Part shown: one piece after another, positions 9,401 to 19,112 of the stretch | Position numbering within the stretch: position 1 is the first letter of the stretch | Layout: the number at the start of each line of letters is the position of its first letter | Source of the DNA: Vitrella brassicaformis CCMP3155 | Taxonomy: Eukaryota; Protista; Chromerida | Reading direction: 5' to 3' | Assembly: GCA_001179505.1 (NCBI GenBank) | Contig: CDMY01000801.1 | Location: forward strand, 1-19,112 | DNA: 19,112 nt | Translations under genes and position numbers: made by a program | The notes under the pieces: model-generated | Told to the model about the DNA's origin: nothing | Databases searched by the model: none | Seen by the model: the letters and a program-made list of their open reading frames with translations, nothing else

Positions 9401-10764
9401 TCTTCACTTAGAGTTGCGACGTGTGCCCGGCAGCCAGACGGCGATCAACGTGGCGGTCCTGCTGGTTGCCGTTCTGCTGCTTGGATGTGGCTTTACCGGA
9501 GCAGTACTAGTCGGCCTCGCAATCGTGCTGACTCTGTCAATCCCCTATTCCGTACACACACAGGTATTCATTGAGGCCAGCGAGCGAGTCATCTTTGCAT
9601 CTCGGTGGGTGCTGGTGTTGTAATGCAGCGAGAGGGAACAGCCCCTCAGGTGACGGACCAACAGCTTGGCCCCTTGACTGTCGCTGACGATCACTCTTTC
9701 ATGACAGGGGTCAACTCAGTAAGGGAGAAGAAGACCTGGAAGGCTTAACGCTTTGTCTGCGTGTCTCGTGCAGGGAGAAGCAAGGCCTTCTCCGCCAGTG
9801 GACCAACAGTCCGGCCCCTCATCTGTCATGGCTGAATCTGTCTCGTGCCGTCTGGATGAAGATCATGGGACCAATTGTCCTGACGGTACGGCGCCTGAGA
9901 CTGTGTTGGCCCCACCGAATAGCAGCGCGACAAATGAGAGCGACACGCAGCAGCAGACACGCGTATGTGAGACTTCCCTGCACACAGTGGAGCACTCATG
10001 GCTTTCTGTGTCTTGCTTTGTCCTCCGCAGAAGGCAGATGTCTACGAGCTGCGCAGACAAGTACACAGCAAGCGAAAAAACGCAGGATAGGGAGATATAC
10101 AATAGATGAGCAGTCAATGTCTCTCGTTTCTCTCAGAGCCCGGCATTGCCCCCCGCTCGCGTGTCAGGCAGTGATGGGGTCGTGTTGGAGCTGTTTGGTG
10201 TGTCGAGTCTGCTGGTTTCACTAAAGGGTCTCTCAAGCACAGTGCCTCTAACAGAGCAAGTGGTAGGCTGCAATCCTGATGGTGCTTTGACATTGTATCT
10301 TCTTGGTTTCCTCGGCGCAGGTTGTCCAAGCGATTGACCATCAGCTTCCTTTCATCGCTAGTGCCATTTACAAGAACCGAGAGGCAATCGATCAGAGGGA
10401 GGAGGAGATCTTCGGTCAATTGGGGGAGAGCATGAAGGAGCTGCTCAACAGGCTGAAACCGCACGTCGCCGAGCTGGACCAGGACGTCAAGAATGCCCTT
10501 AATCGACTGGCCAAGAAGATAAATGGCGGCGCTGCAGCAGCATCTTTTGCTCTTAGCGAGTCCGTACGTGGCTTCTTCCACTCGTTCATGCTGATTCCAT
10601 CCGAGAAGTGGGACCCTCTCTTGCAGACTGTGGCGGCGTGGACTGTCGAGCTCTTCACAAGGTACATGACAGAATGGAGGCGGCGTGAGTGCGTTGACAT
10701 GAGGTGTCCATGTAGGTGTCCGACATCGTGCGAGCTGCCCATCACTGCAGGTGCGCTTGGTTGA
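6493..10764 (+). CDS. Long multi-exon protein: CENP-B/pogo-type HTH domains, low-complexity region, hydrophobic hairpin, amphipathic helical domain; 5' start and 3' end uncertain
   Basis: A phase-consistent GT-AG exon chain can be traced through 6719-6812, 6870-6955, 7016-7441, 7511-7585, 7649-7702, 7778-8059, several exons across 8.15-9.27 kb, 9345-9563, 9650-9718, 9774-9962, 10031-10060, 10137-10259 and 10321-10684. Splicing to 10751 then gives a stop at 10762-10764. Some individual splice sites are alternatives. Confidence 0.55.
7016..7441 (+). other. Exon encoding a CENP-B/Tigger/pogo-like bipartite DNA-binding region (N-terminal HTH plus Tc5-type HTH)
   Basis: TIGERLRLVDEF...QFATMRKIDLSQFRSWY...RKRNRQPKYLEIDNEMLQWM...IRAESLEVAKRLGI...FSASDSWIKGFQKR matches the RKR..KY.E....L..W / I...A...A..LG..F.AS..W...F..R signature of HTH_Tnp_Tc5/CENP-B domains. 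Confidence 0.88.
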
Positions 10765-10776
10765 AGAGAAAGAAGT

Positions 10777-12514
10777 ATGTTGCAAGTGGGTGTATTCGTG
10801 TCTATGGTTGTGTGCTCAGACATGTACCCGCCTTCGCACCAGGACGGCTGTCAGTCTGCATTACTGCTGCTCAGTCGCGGCGACCGAGTGTCGGTGACGG
10901 ACACCGACAGCCGCAGCACCAAGGGCTGGATGTACGGCACATGCATCAAGGGCGCTAAGACCGGACACACCGGATGGTTCCCATGCACCATTGTCACGTT
11001 CGACCATCACAACAACGACGAGGAGAAGCAGCGCAAGCAGTACCACAGCAGTTGCAGCAGTCTCGCTGCGTGTCGTTCTCACCACAATCAGGTGAGAACG
11101 CTACGGAAGCATACGACACGGATGCGTCGTATGTGTATGCACACAGATTGATTTCGCTGATATGGAGAGGCGGATACGTGTCGAAAAATCAATCGGCCCG
11201 ATCGCATCGCTGGGACTCGAGACATCTTCTCTTCGAATGTTCAATGAGGTGACGACAATAAGACAGACAACAGAAGGACATGATGATATATCACATTCCG
11301 TTTTCCCTTTTTATACCTATCCACCAGATGGATGACGTGTACGTGGATTTCAACGGGAGGACGGGCCTGGTCAAGATCATCACGACCGTGGAGCAGCTCG
11401 TCAGGGTCGAGAAGAACCTTTTGGACAACGAACGGTGGCTCAAGGAGACAGCAGACCGTGAGACGCATCACCATTCATATGCTCCTGGCACTCGAGTCAT
11501 CATTGGCTCTGGAGGTTATGTGAAGCGCGTGTTGCTACCAGACCAGTTCAACGAGCTGAAGGTCTCACTTACGCGGCAGACCAACACGGACCATCTCACC
11601 GCGCTGCGCCAGGAAGTGAAAATGTGCCTTATCCAGCAGGCGGTGACAGAGTTCAGCCTCCAAGTGCGTCAGTCGTGCCTTCTCGTCTCATTCGACACTA
11701 GTGCCGCCCTCGGCGTGCATGCGAACCATTTGCGTGCCTTTCTACAGCAGAAGAGCCTCAGCGGCCATGTAGAGGTTGTCGTGCCACATGGGGCTGAGGC
11801 GACAGGCCCCGGGGCTGGAGGGATGGGTGTGCAGGATACGCCCTTAGTGCAGGTACAAACACGAACACGACACGAACACACACATCTACGCGCAGCCAAT
11901 GATTTATCCATATGTCTGTGTCTCAGGGCGATCCAACTCTTGAAGATATGACGAACACACGGACGTATCATTTCAGACCGGCATCCGTGCCTTTGCCGGA
12001 GTGCCCAATTTGTCTGTGTGAGGTCGAAGAGGAGGAGGTGGGGCTGCGCCTCTTCTGTGGACACACATATCACCAGGAATGCCTTGCCAACCAGGTGAAT
12101 GGATCCATCTTATCCATTCTCCGAGCGGCCTGCAGGCAATGCCTGTCTGTCTGTCTGTCTGTGTTTGTTTCTTAGATACACCATGTCAAGGAGGGCCACG
12201 TGCCGGTCGTGTGCCACCAGCACGGCTGCGGCAGCCCCGTCAGCCTGCCAGAGATCCGCCGAGCGCTCAAAGGCGACAGAGAGCTGATGGAGAGCTTCTT
12301 CAAGGCCGCGTCGCAGCACTACATCAACGCCAACAGTAGGACACGCTTCGGCGTGTGCCTGACGGCTGATTGTCCGCAGATCTACAGCCTTGAGGACAGG
12401 GATGTCAAGCCCATATTCCGATGCAATGTCTGCAAGGGCGTCCTCTGCAAGACATGCTGCAGATCCCATGACGAGACGTATGCAAACCAGCCACATACTC
12501 ACAACTCCAACACG

Positions 12515-12549
<35 letters not shown>

Positions 12550-12902
12550 TGCGTCCCTGTTCAGATTGACGTGCGAGGAGTTCAACACGGTCGATCCCAC
12601 AAGTGTGCTGCTGAAGTACCTTGCAAGCCTGCCGGGTGGCGGCCTCCTGTGCCCTAAGTGCGGTGTAGGCATCGAGCGGTCGGGGGGATGCAAATTCGTC
12701 AGGTCTGTATTTGACAAACAGGGAGGGGCCGGCAAGGGGCAGGCGGGGCAAGTGTGTGTGTGCGTGTGTCTTTGTGTGCAGATGCCGCTGTGGCACGGAT
12801 TTGTGCATTCTGTGCGGCTATGTCTGCCGAACGACGCATGAGGAGCATTCGTGCATAGATGCTGGATTTTCCTTCTTGCCGGAGCCGACCGTAAGCATTT
12901 GA
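10777..12902 (+). CDS. RBR (RING1-IBR-RING2) E3 ubiquitin ligase with an N-terminal SH3 domain; 5' end uncertain
   Basis: Exons about 10777-11091, 11147-11248, 11328-11852, 11927-12094, 12176-12477, 12565-12702 and 12782-12902 (or donor gtaagc at 12891), all phase-consistent. SH3: VVCSDMYPP..LLLSRGDRVSV..GWMYG..GWFPCTIV. RING1: CPICLC..CGHTYHQEC..CHQHGC. IBR: CLTADC..CNVCKGVLCKTCCRSH..C. RING2: CPKCGVGIERSGGCKFVRCRCGTDLCILCG. Confidence 0.85.
12515..12550. repeat. Compound (CT)9(GT)9 intronic microsatellite
   Basis: ctctctctctctctctctgtgtgtgtgtgtgtgtgt inside intron 12478-12564. Confidence 0.9.
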
Positions 12903-13024
12903 GGATAACAATTGAGCACATGTGGCGATCCGGCCGCAATATATCTGTATCTCATTCGCTGTCTCTATCTTTACCTGTATATGCGTGTGTGTGTGTGTGT
13001 GTGTGTCGGTGTGTGTCTCGTCAG

Positions 13025-13291
13025 TGCGGCGACCGAGCAGGCCACCTACAACAAGGCCCACAACCGCGGCTGCATGATCGAGGCGAGAGTGTACCTGGGA
13101 AAGATCAAGCAGATCACCAAGGCCCAGATCGCCCAGCACACCCTCCAGAGCCTGCAGCAGGAAGGCTACGACTCGATATACGTGACGGCCATGTCCCGGG
13201 GGACGGGTACGTCGTATTTAGACGGCAACAGGTCAGGTTATGGAAGTTGTGGGACATGGCCACGAGGGCTGAAGTACTCTCCCAGCCCTGA
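13025..13291 (+). pseudogene. ART3: C-terminal half of a third PARP/Gig2-like ART, frameshifted at the catalytic Glu codon
   Basis: After acceptor tcgtcag (13024): AATEQATYNKAHNRGCMIEARVYLGKIKQITKAQIAQHTLQSLQQEGYDSIYVTAMSRGT, which aligns with ART2 LAHRKGYVVTAQVFLGK..QHTFESLRREGYDSVFV. Adding one A between 13206 and 13207 restores GAG TAC GTC GTA TTT = EYVVFRRQQVRL..* (stop 13291), matching ART2 EYAVFHKDHVKI. No YHQT strand is found upstream. Confidence 0.8.
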
Positions 13292-14429
13292 GAGGGCAGG
13301 GCGGGAGAGTGGGGTTGGCTTCTCCTCTGTGTGTGTGTGTGTGTGTTTTTGTGTTTGTGTGTGTTTGCTTTTTTGTATTCATTTATTACTGCGCTACTGA
13401 GGTCCCTTCCCTCTGTGGTGTTTTGTGCTCTCTGACTGTTCTTCTTTCGGCTGCTGCTTCGGTAAGCCGAAAGGTCGGCGGTGTAATGTGCTTACTCACT
13501 CTCTGGACTCACTCTCTGTGCTGTCCCGTGATGTGGCTTAAGGTAGAAGGATAATGCGATAAGACACAGAGGCAAGGAATGCAGCTATCTAGCGTGACGG
13601 ATTTCGTTCACCCACTGGTGCTTTTAACTGACTGTGCGTTCGCTTGCATGGATGCATACATGTGAGTACAAAGGCATGTGGATGAAACCAACACGTTCCG
13701 TGTCACGCGACATACATAATGCGAATGGCTTGATAGATATACAATCGTCCTTGCCCTGTCGACGAGACTTATATCGTCGTTGACTAGTCTCTGTACTGAC
13801 CTTATGCGCCGAGCTCTTGGGCGACGGATGAGTTTCGTCCATTGAAGTCGTTATTTATGAAGTCCGTCTCTCTGCATGCCTACTTTTTATTAACACAAGT
13901 GCGTCCGGCGTTCTCTGTCTGCGTTCAGTGGCGATGCGTTGTGCGCCGGTGTGGGTACACGATACAGACAGCCGTAGACACCAGACGCTTTTCAAGAAGA
14001 AACAGCATGCATCCGTCTCTTGCGCGTCGAATGAACGAGTCCCGGCAGAGCCTGTCGAAAAGGCCGGCAACTCAAACGGCCGAGCGACGCAATCAATCCC
14101 TCCGACGGACCAAGACTAGAACCTTATCCATGTGTTGCCACCGCATCAGTCACTCCACATGCATCCCACTGACATGTCATGCGCACATCTCACGCAAACA
14201 CACACGGAACTGTCAGGCAGGACATCACACACGCGACACGGCACGGCGCGGATGGAGCTCTCTCTCCTCGAGTGCAAAAGGAGATGAGATGCCCCTTTGC
14301 ATCACGTGCGGCTCCCCTTCCCTTCCGGTACACAAACATAGAAACATCCACACATACATCCACGGATACATATAGCCCCCATTCATGCACCCGTGACGCA
14401 ACAACACGCAGTATCAGAAACACTCGCAA

Positions 14430-17400
14430 TCATGCATCAGGGCCCCCTCTCTCGTGAGCGAGGCGGTCCTTGGACACGAACACTGTGTCGGGCCAGTTAG
14501 ATCCATCATCAAGTGATGGACCTGGGTGCGAGATGGTCACACCTTCGTTCTTCAACGTCTCCTGCAGACAGACAGACAGACAGACAGACGGATGAGCAAC
14601 CTGGTCGTGAACCACCACACTTATGTCTTGTCGCTTCCTCACCACCGCGTGCTTGCATGCCATGGCAACCACCGTCTGGACCGCCTTGTGTGTCTTGCCC
14701 TCCACAGTGAAATCACGAGAGCCGGAAGGGCACCCGCGACAGTGCACCCAAACCTTGATCCGCTGCGAGTCCTCGTCGTACCCGGCCACCATGGTTACGC
14801 CGTCGGGCTGCAAGATGGGCTGGTACACATCGCGAATGGTGGCCTGAGCGTTGGCGAGCAGCTCCGTCCAGACTGCAGGCAGTACAAAAAGACAGACACT
14901 TCACAACAATCGGCGGTGTGCGTGCACATATGAGCCGGTGGCTCCTACGCGGAGGCGTGTTGTCGCTGCTCGAGGTGGGGATGGCGGCAGGTGCGGATGG
15001 CATGCATGCCGCACCGTCGTGGCTTGGCGATGTTGGGCGGCCAGAGAAGAGTGGTTCTTCGGCCTGCAAGCACAAGGCGGTGCATACACCGATCCGTGTA
15101 TCATTGTGCATACGAGGCGCCATGCAGCTCATACCATGGGAGGCGGGGCAGCTGAGAGATTCAATGGCATCGGAACATCCTGAGGGAAAGGTGCAAGCAG
15201 CCCCATCCCGACACGCCCCATTGTGTCATCAGCGTCCTTTCTGTGCCCCACCTGCTGGATGGAGGCCCTCGTCGATTCGCTGGCGTTGGGTCGGGCAGCA
15301 GTGTTCGCTGCCATGGCAACACCTACAGAGGACCATGCGCATGAGAATCAAGCAAATGGATGGATAGACACCCTACTCATGCTGCCGCCATCACAGCATT
15401 GTGGGTGCCACACGGACTCGCTCACGGCCTGATGGATGGGTGTGCGTCTGCACAGAGCCTGAACAGACGATCGCGAGAATGGATGAGCCTGCTGTGTGTG
15501 AATGTGGTTCGTCGCATGGTACCTCACTGATGGGCGAGTGCTGGGCGTCGTTCGCCTGCTCCATCAAGTCCATTGGAGCACCATAGTCGATGGCTGGGGG
15601 CACCAGCGGCAGCGGCGATGAAGCGTACACGCCCGACGGCTGAAGGAAACACACACGCACAATGATCATCATGACGTACACACCATCGCTTGACGGCTTG
15701 CCAGTAAGGTGTTGTGTCCAAGTGCATGGCTGGCCACTGGTACGCCCCCGGCAGCGACGGCGGCAGCAGCTGTCTGGACCAGCTCCGCAGTCACCGGCAC
15801 GCCCGTGGAAATCGCCGGCAAGATTTGAGGGTGTGACTGCAGCGGATGGAACCTGAATGGAGAGCAGACAGAGGCACACGCGCAGACAGAGCTTTCTGTT
15901 TCGGTGTGGTGTGTGTGTGTGGCTGTTTCCGGCTCACCGGCGCTGCGTGTGGTTGTGTGCAGACGGCAGGGGCACCTGACAGACATTGGCCCCACTTGCG
16001 ACCTGACAGTGACAGGGGGTCACAGAGTGCAGCCAAGGACGCTGTCATCTGGCCGGCCGGCCCGCCAACGTTCGTGTAGGCGGCTCACCTGAGCATGGTT
16101 GTCGGCTCGGATCTGCCCATCCTCACGTCCACGGTGTCTGGCCGACTTGGCAGCGCGGTCCTGCAGAGACCATTTGGTCTCTGGGTGCGCTGCTTCTTCG
16201 TTTGTGACGTGCATCTAGATGTCGTACCTGAGGGTCGCTACTGGCGACACTGCCGTTGAGTCGCTTGGGGCGGGGCGCCTGAGATGAGAAGAACGAAGTC
16301 CCAAGAGGCACACACATCAATCGACACACACACATATGCAGAGAGAGGACAGACAGTTGGTCTCACCGGGGGGATCGGCAATTGAATAGGACGGCCGGCA
16401 CGAGCAGCAACAGCAGCAGCAGCAGCAGCAGCCTGCAGTAGACAGGGGCAGCGCAAGGCACATTCAGGTTGCCAGTGCACGGCAGATACCCTGCGTCTTC
16501 TCACCTGAACGCTTTCAGCCCCTTTCCCCATCCTATCTTCAACGACGTTTCTGAAGCTTCTGCCTTGCTGGGCGGAAGTCACGACAGCCTGCACAACAGC
16601 CGTGGTGATAAGAGAGGATCTGATGCTGCGTGTGGACCTTACCTGGTAGATGAAGGGATCCACCGACTGCCTCCGCAGCTCCAGCTGCATACACACACAC
16701 ATCAGGAATGGGACAGTGAACATGTGTCTGTGCGCCTGTGGGTGCGGGCGCGTACCTGCTGAATCATCAGAGGACGCTGCTCGGCGTAGAGACGCTGCTC
16801 GTGCCGACGAAGCGCCTCTGCCCTGAGTTTCTTGACCTGGTTTGCCGTCATGTGAGGCAGGTACATGCGGCGGAGGTGGTCGGTCTTCCAGTGGTCGCTC
16901 TTGTTGGCGAAGGCCCTGCCGCACAGCTGTCCGTTCTCGATGACGACGCACGTCTCGACGAACTTGGCCAAGCCCCTGCTGTACTTGACCGGCGTGAAGG
17001 GGATGTGACCCCCCGGCTGGCCTTTGTAGTGCACGTGTAAGGCCGTGCGGGGGTCGTGGCTGCCCCGGGGCGCTGGCTGCTGTCCCGGGAGGGATGCAAA
17101 GGGCGGTAGGAGGATCTGCTTCCGGTGTAAGGAGCCTCCTGCCTCCCTCTTCCTCCCTCCAACTGGACCATTGCCAGACCGAAGCGCGTTCAAGTCCTCG
17201 ACGTCCGCGGCTGTGATAGCGATATCCCATCCCTCGCCGAAGAAGTACTCGACGCTCTCTTGGGTGAGCCATATGGGGCTGGGAGTGTTGGTGAAGAGGG
17301 GGTCGACCGTGGTCCTGGAGCGAGCCGTGTCCAGCTGGATCCACCGCCAGTACTCGGCCGCCCTCTTGAGGACGTCATGTGCCGATGCCGTGTTGGGATC

Positions 17401-19112
17401 TGGGCAGACAAGCGGACAGTGACGCTCACGCCAGCCAGCGCATGTCCCGTGTCGGTGTCGTATTGTTACCCAGGGGAGATGGAGGAGCTGGACGAGAGCT
17501 CGGCGCATTTTTCCTTGGGCCCCTCTTCTCCTTCGTCTGTTTCTCCAACACACAGCATGAACACACAAGCACGTCCCCACGTAGGATGCTTTCAGTTTCG
17601 GTGAGCTTGCCATACGTGATGCCCCCCAGCGGCCGCAGCAGCCGAGGAAGATACGCCTTCTGCCTCGCTGTCTGACGAGTCACGCAGCGACGGAGGTGGG
17701 TCGCCTATGGACAGATGCACAAGCAAAGCAACACATGCATGGCGCACCGTCGTGCTTCTGAGGGCAATACCTCACCAGCGGCATATGGTGGGTGCATCGG
17801 AGCTTGGCCGTCTTGCAGCTGGTTTGACATATAGGCCACGTCACAATCCACTGAAACACAGAAGGCGGAGGACAGTCAGCTGAGTGCGCATGTTCACTTC
17901 TGCGCCTACGTTGCATGTCCGGAGGCGCATAGTCACACGGCCGCCACTGCTGAGGAACATCAGCTGACAAAAGGCACACGGAGGCGTGCATGAGATGGCT
18001 CTATGGGCAGACGTGTGTCACGTGAGTCACCTGCGAGCGTCTCCGTGTTGTCCGGTGACTGCCAGTCGATTTCACCGGGCAGACCGAAGCCTGAGGCAGA
18101 GCCCAACAAACGACATTATGCAGAACATACTGGTGTGGCGCTTTGGTGCCTGCGGCGCACCGTCTGCGTCACCGACGACTTGAAACCAGACGGGGCTGAG
18201 CAGCTCAGGAACGACCGAGTCCGCGCACCCTGAGCAGACGCGCACGGGGCATAAGCACAGTGGGTGGGTGGGTGGGTGTCTCAGCTGACCTTCCATCTCG
18301 ATACTGACGTATTCCCCTGATTTGTGGACTTTGCGGATCGGTATACCGGTCGCTTCGGCCTTGGAAAAGACCTCAGCCTCATCGGCCGCAAGCACCCACA
18401 TTCTCACGGCTGACAGGGAAACACACAAAATAGAACCGTGTGAATGTGTGCACTCAGGGCTGACGGACGTAGGCATCAATCGATACAATGCAATCATCCC
18501 TGTTCTCAGCACTCACCGGCAGGCGGGGCGACGCTGGTCATTGCAGACCGATCAGGCATGTCGATCTGCCCATGGGCACTCTCTCCTCCTGAGATCAGTC
18601 AGGTCAACAGCACACGTGCCATGTGAATGAGTGCATTCGCGCATGGCCCTCTCTCAGCTGCTCACCCATCGGTGTGTCGGCTGCCGGCTGCTCCACATGG
18701 TGGTCCTGAGAGCGAGACAGCACAGAGGTGCCTTGATGAGGAGTTGCAGCGGCTTCCACATCACTCACGCGTACCTGCCCGCTGCCGCCCATCTGCGGGT
18801 GCGGCTCCCGTTGGGACAGCAGGACCGATGCCTAGACCACCAGACAGACAAAACGAGACACATACACACACTTGTTCGCCCATTTTGCAATGATGTCTTC
18901 TTGTATTGGCCGCCGTACCGATGTGACGTCAGTCCCTCGAGGGACCGCTGTATCACCTGAAGGACACCTCACCTGCGGCTGGTGGAACAGACAGTACAGA
19001 GGTGTTTACATGGCGTGCTTCAGTGCCTTTTCACATCACCCACACGTACCTTTCCGTTGCCCTCTGTCTGTGGGTGCAGCTGCCTGTCGTCCGGGATGGC
19101 TAAATGGGGAGC
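14430..19112 (-). CDS. Long multi-exon hypothetical protein (paralog B) with C2H2-like and CxxC..CKH motifs; 5' end at or beyond the right window edge
   Basis: A largely phase-consistent exon chain runs from about 19090 through 18409-18290 (AVRMWVLAADEAEVF..), a large exon about 17403-16755 (PNTASAHDVLKRAAEYWRWIQLD..RPLMIQQ), the exons shared with paralog A (16684-15433), and then unique exons to ..VFVSKDRLAHERGGPDA* at 14430. The junctions at about 15.3-15.4 kb and 17.5-17.6 kb are uncertain. Confidence 0.6.
15433..16728 (-). repeat. Right arm of the large inverted duplication (partner 1-1324)
   Basis: Reverse complement of 1-1324 with scattered substitutions and small indels, e.g. a GCT tract of 6 codons on the left versus A7-V-A2 on the right, and a 16-nt intronic duplication present only on the left (about 395-430). 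Confidence 0.95.

Noticed and set aside
12782-12841. MPLWHGFV in ORF 12200..12841 as the missing ART His strand
   Set aside because: The splice phase and the canonical CRCGTDLCILCG RING2 pattern show the other frame is the real one; HG here is coincidental.
13309-14420. ORFs such as 13842..14375 and 13624..13842, and possible minus-strand exons near 13.7-14.05 kb
   Set aside because: Some splice-like signals exist, but there is no consistent frame or recognisable product.
1-16728. Inverted arms as TIRs of a large DNA transposon (Mutator/Polinton) with the HTH as its transposase
   Set aside because: The arms are intron-containing gene paralogs, not terminal repeats. No DDE, integrase, polB or capsid motif is seen, and the outer ends and any TSD cannot be seen in the window.
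16238-17344. 368-aa minus-strand ORF as a separate gene
   Set aside because: It is an off-frame P/R/G-rich reading of gene B's large exon plus read-through of introns and downstream exons.

Overview
Intron-rich, GC-rich eukaryotic genomic DNA. Introns are mostly short (about 55-135 nt) GT-AG introns carrying (GT)n, (CA)n and (TGTC)n tracts. This style resembles a chromerid alveolate such as Vitrella (inference only), so most six-frame ORFs are single exons or off-frame noise. Layout from left to right: (1) 3' part of a multi-exon gene on + (<1-1435), which is an inverted near-copy of part of a long minus-strand gene (14430 to >19112); the arms 1-1324 and 15433-16728 bracket about 14 kb. (2) A head-to-head pair of small genes (2529-1905 and 2686-3239), each encoding a Cys/His Zn module plus a minimal PARP/Gig2-like ADP-ribosyltransferase (ART) domain with an intact H-Y-E triad. 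(3) A frameshifted, probably pseudogenised F-box/LRR-like gene on minus (about 4530-5880). (4) A long + gene with a CENP-B/pogo-type double HTH, no DDE domain and a hydrophobic hairpin (about 6493-10764). (5) An SH3-linker-RBR E3 ligase gene (about 10777-12902). (6) Directly after it, a broken third ART copy lacking its N-terminal half, with a 1-nt deletion in the predicted catalytic Glu codon. The best candidate for a new system is the ART family plus RBR ligase association, a possible ADP-ribosylation/ubiquitination defence locus. All gene models were spliced by hand; no searches were run.
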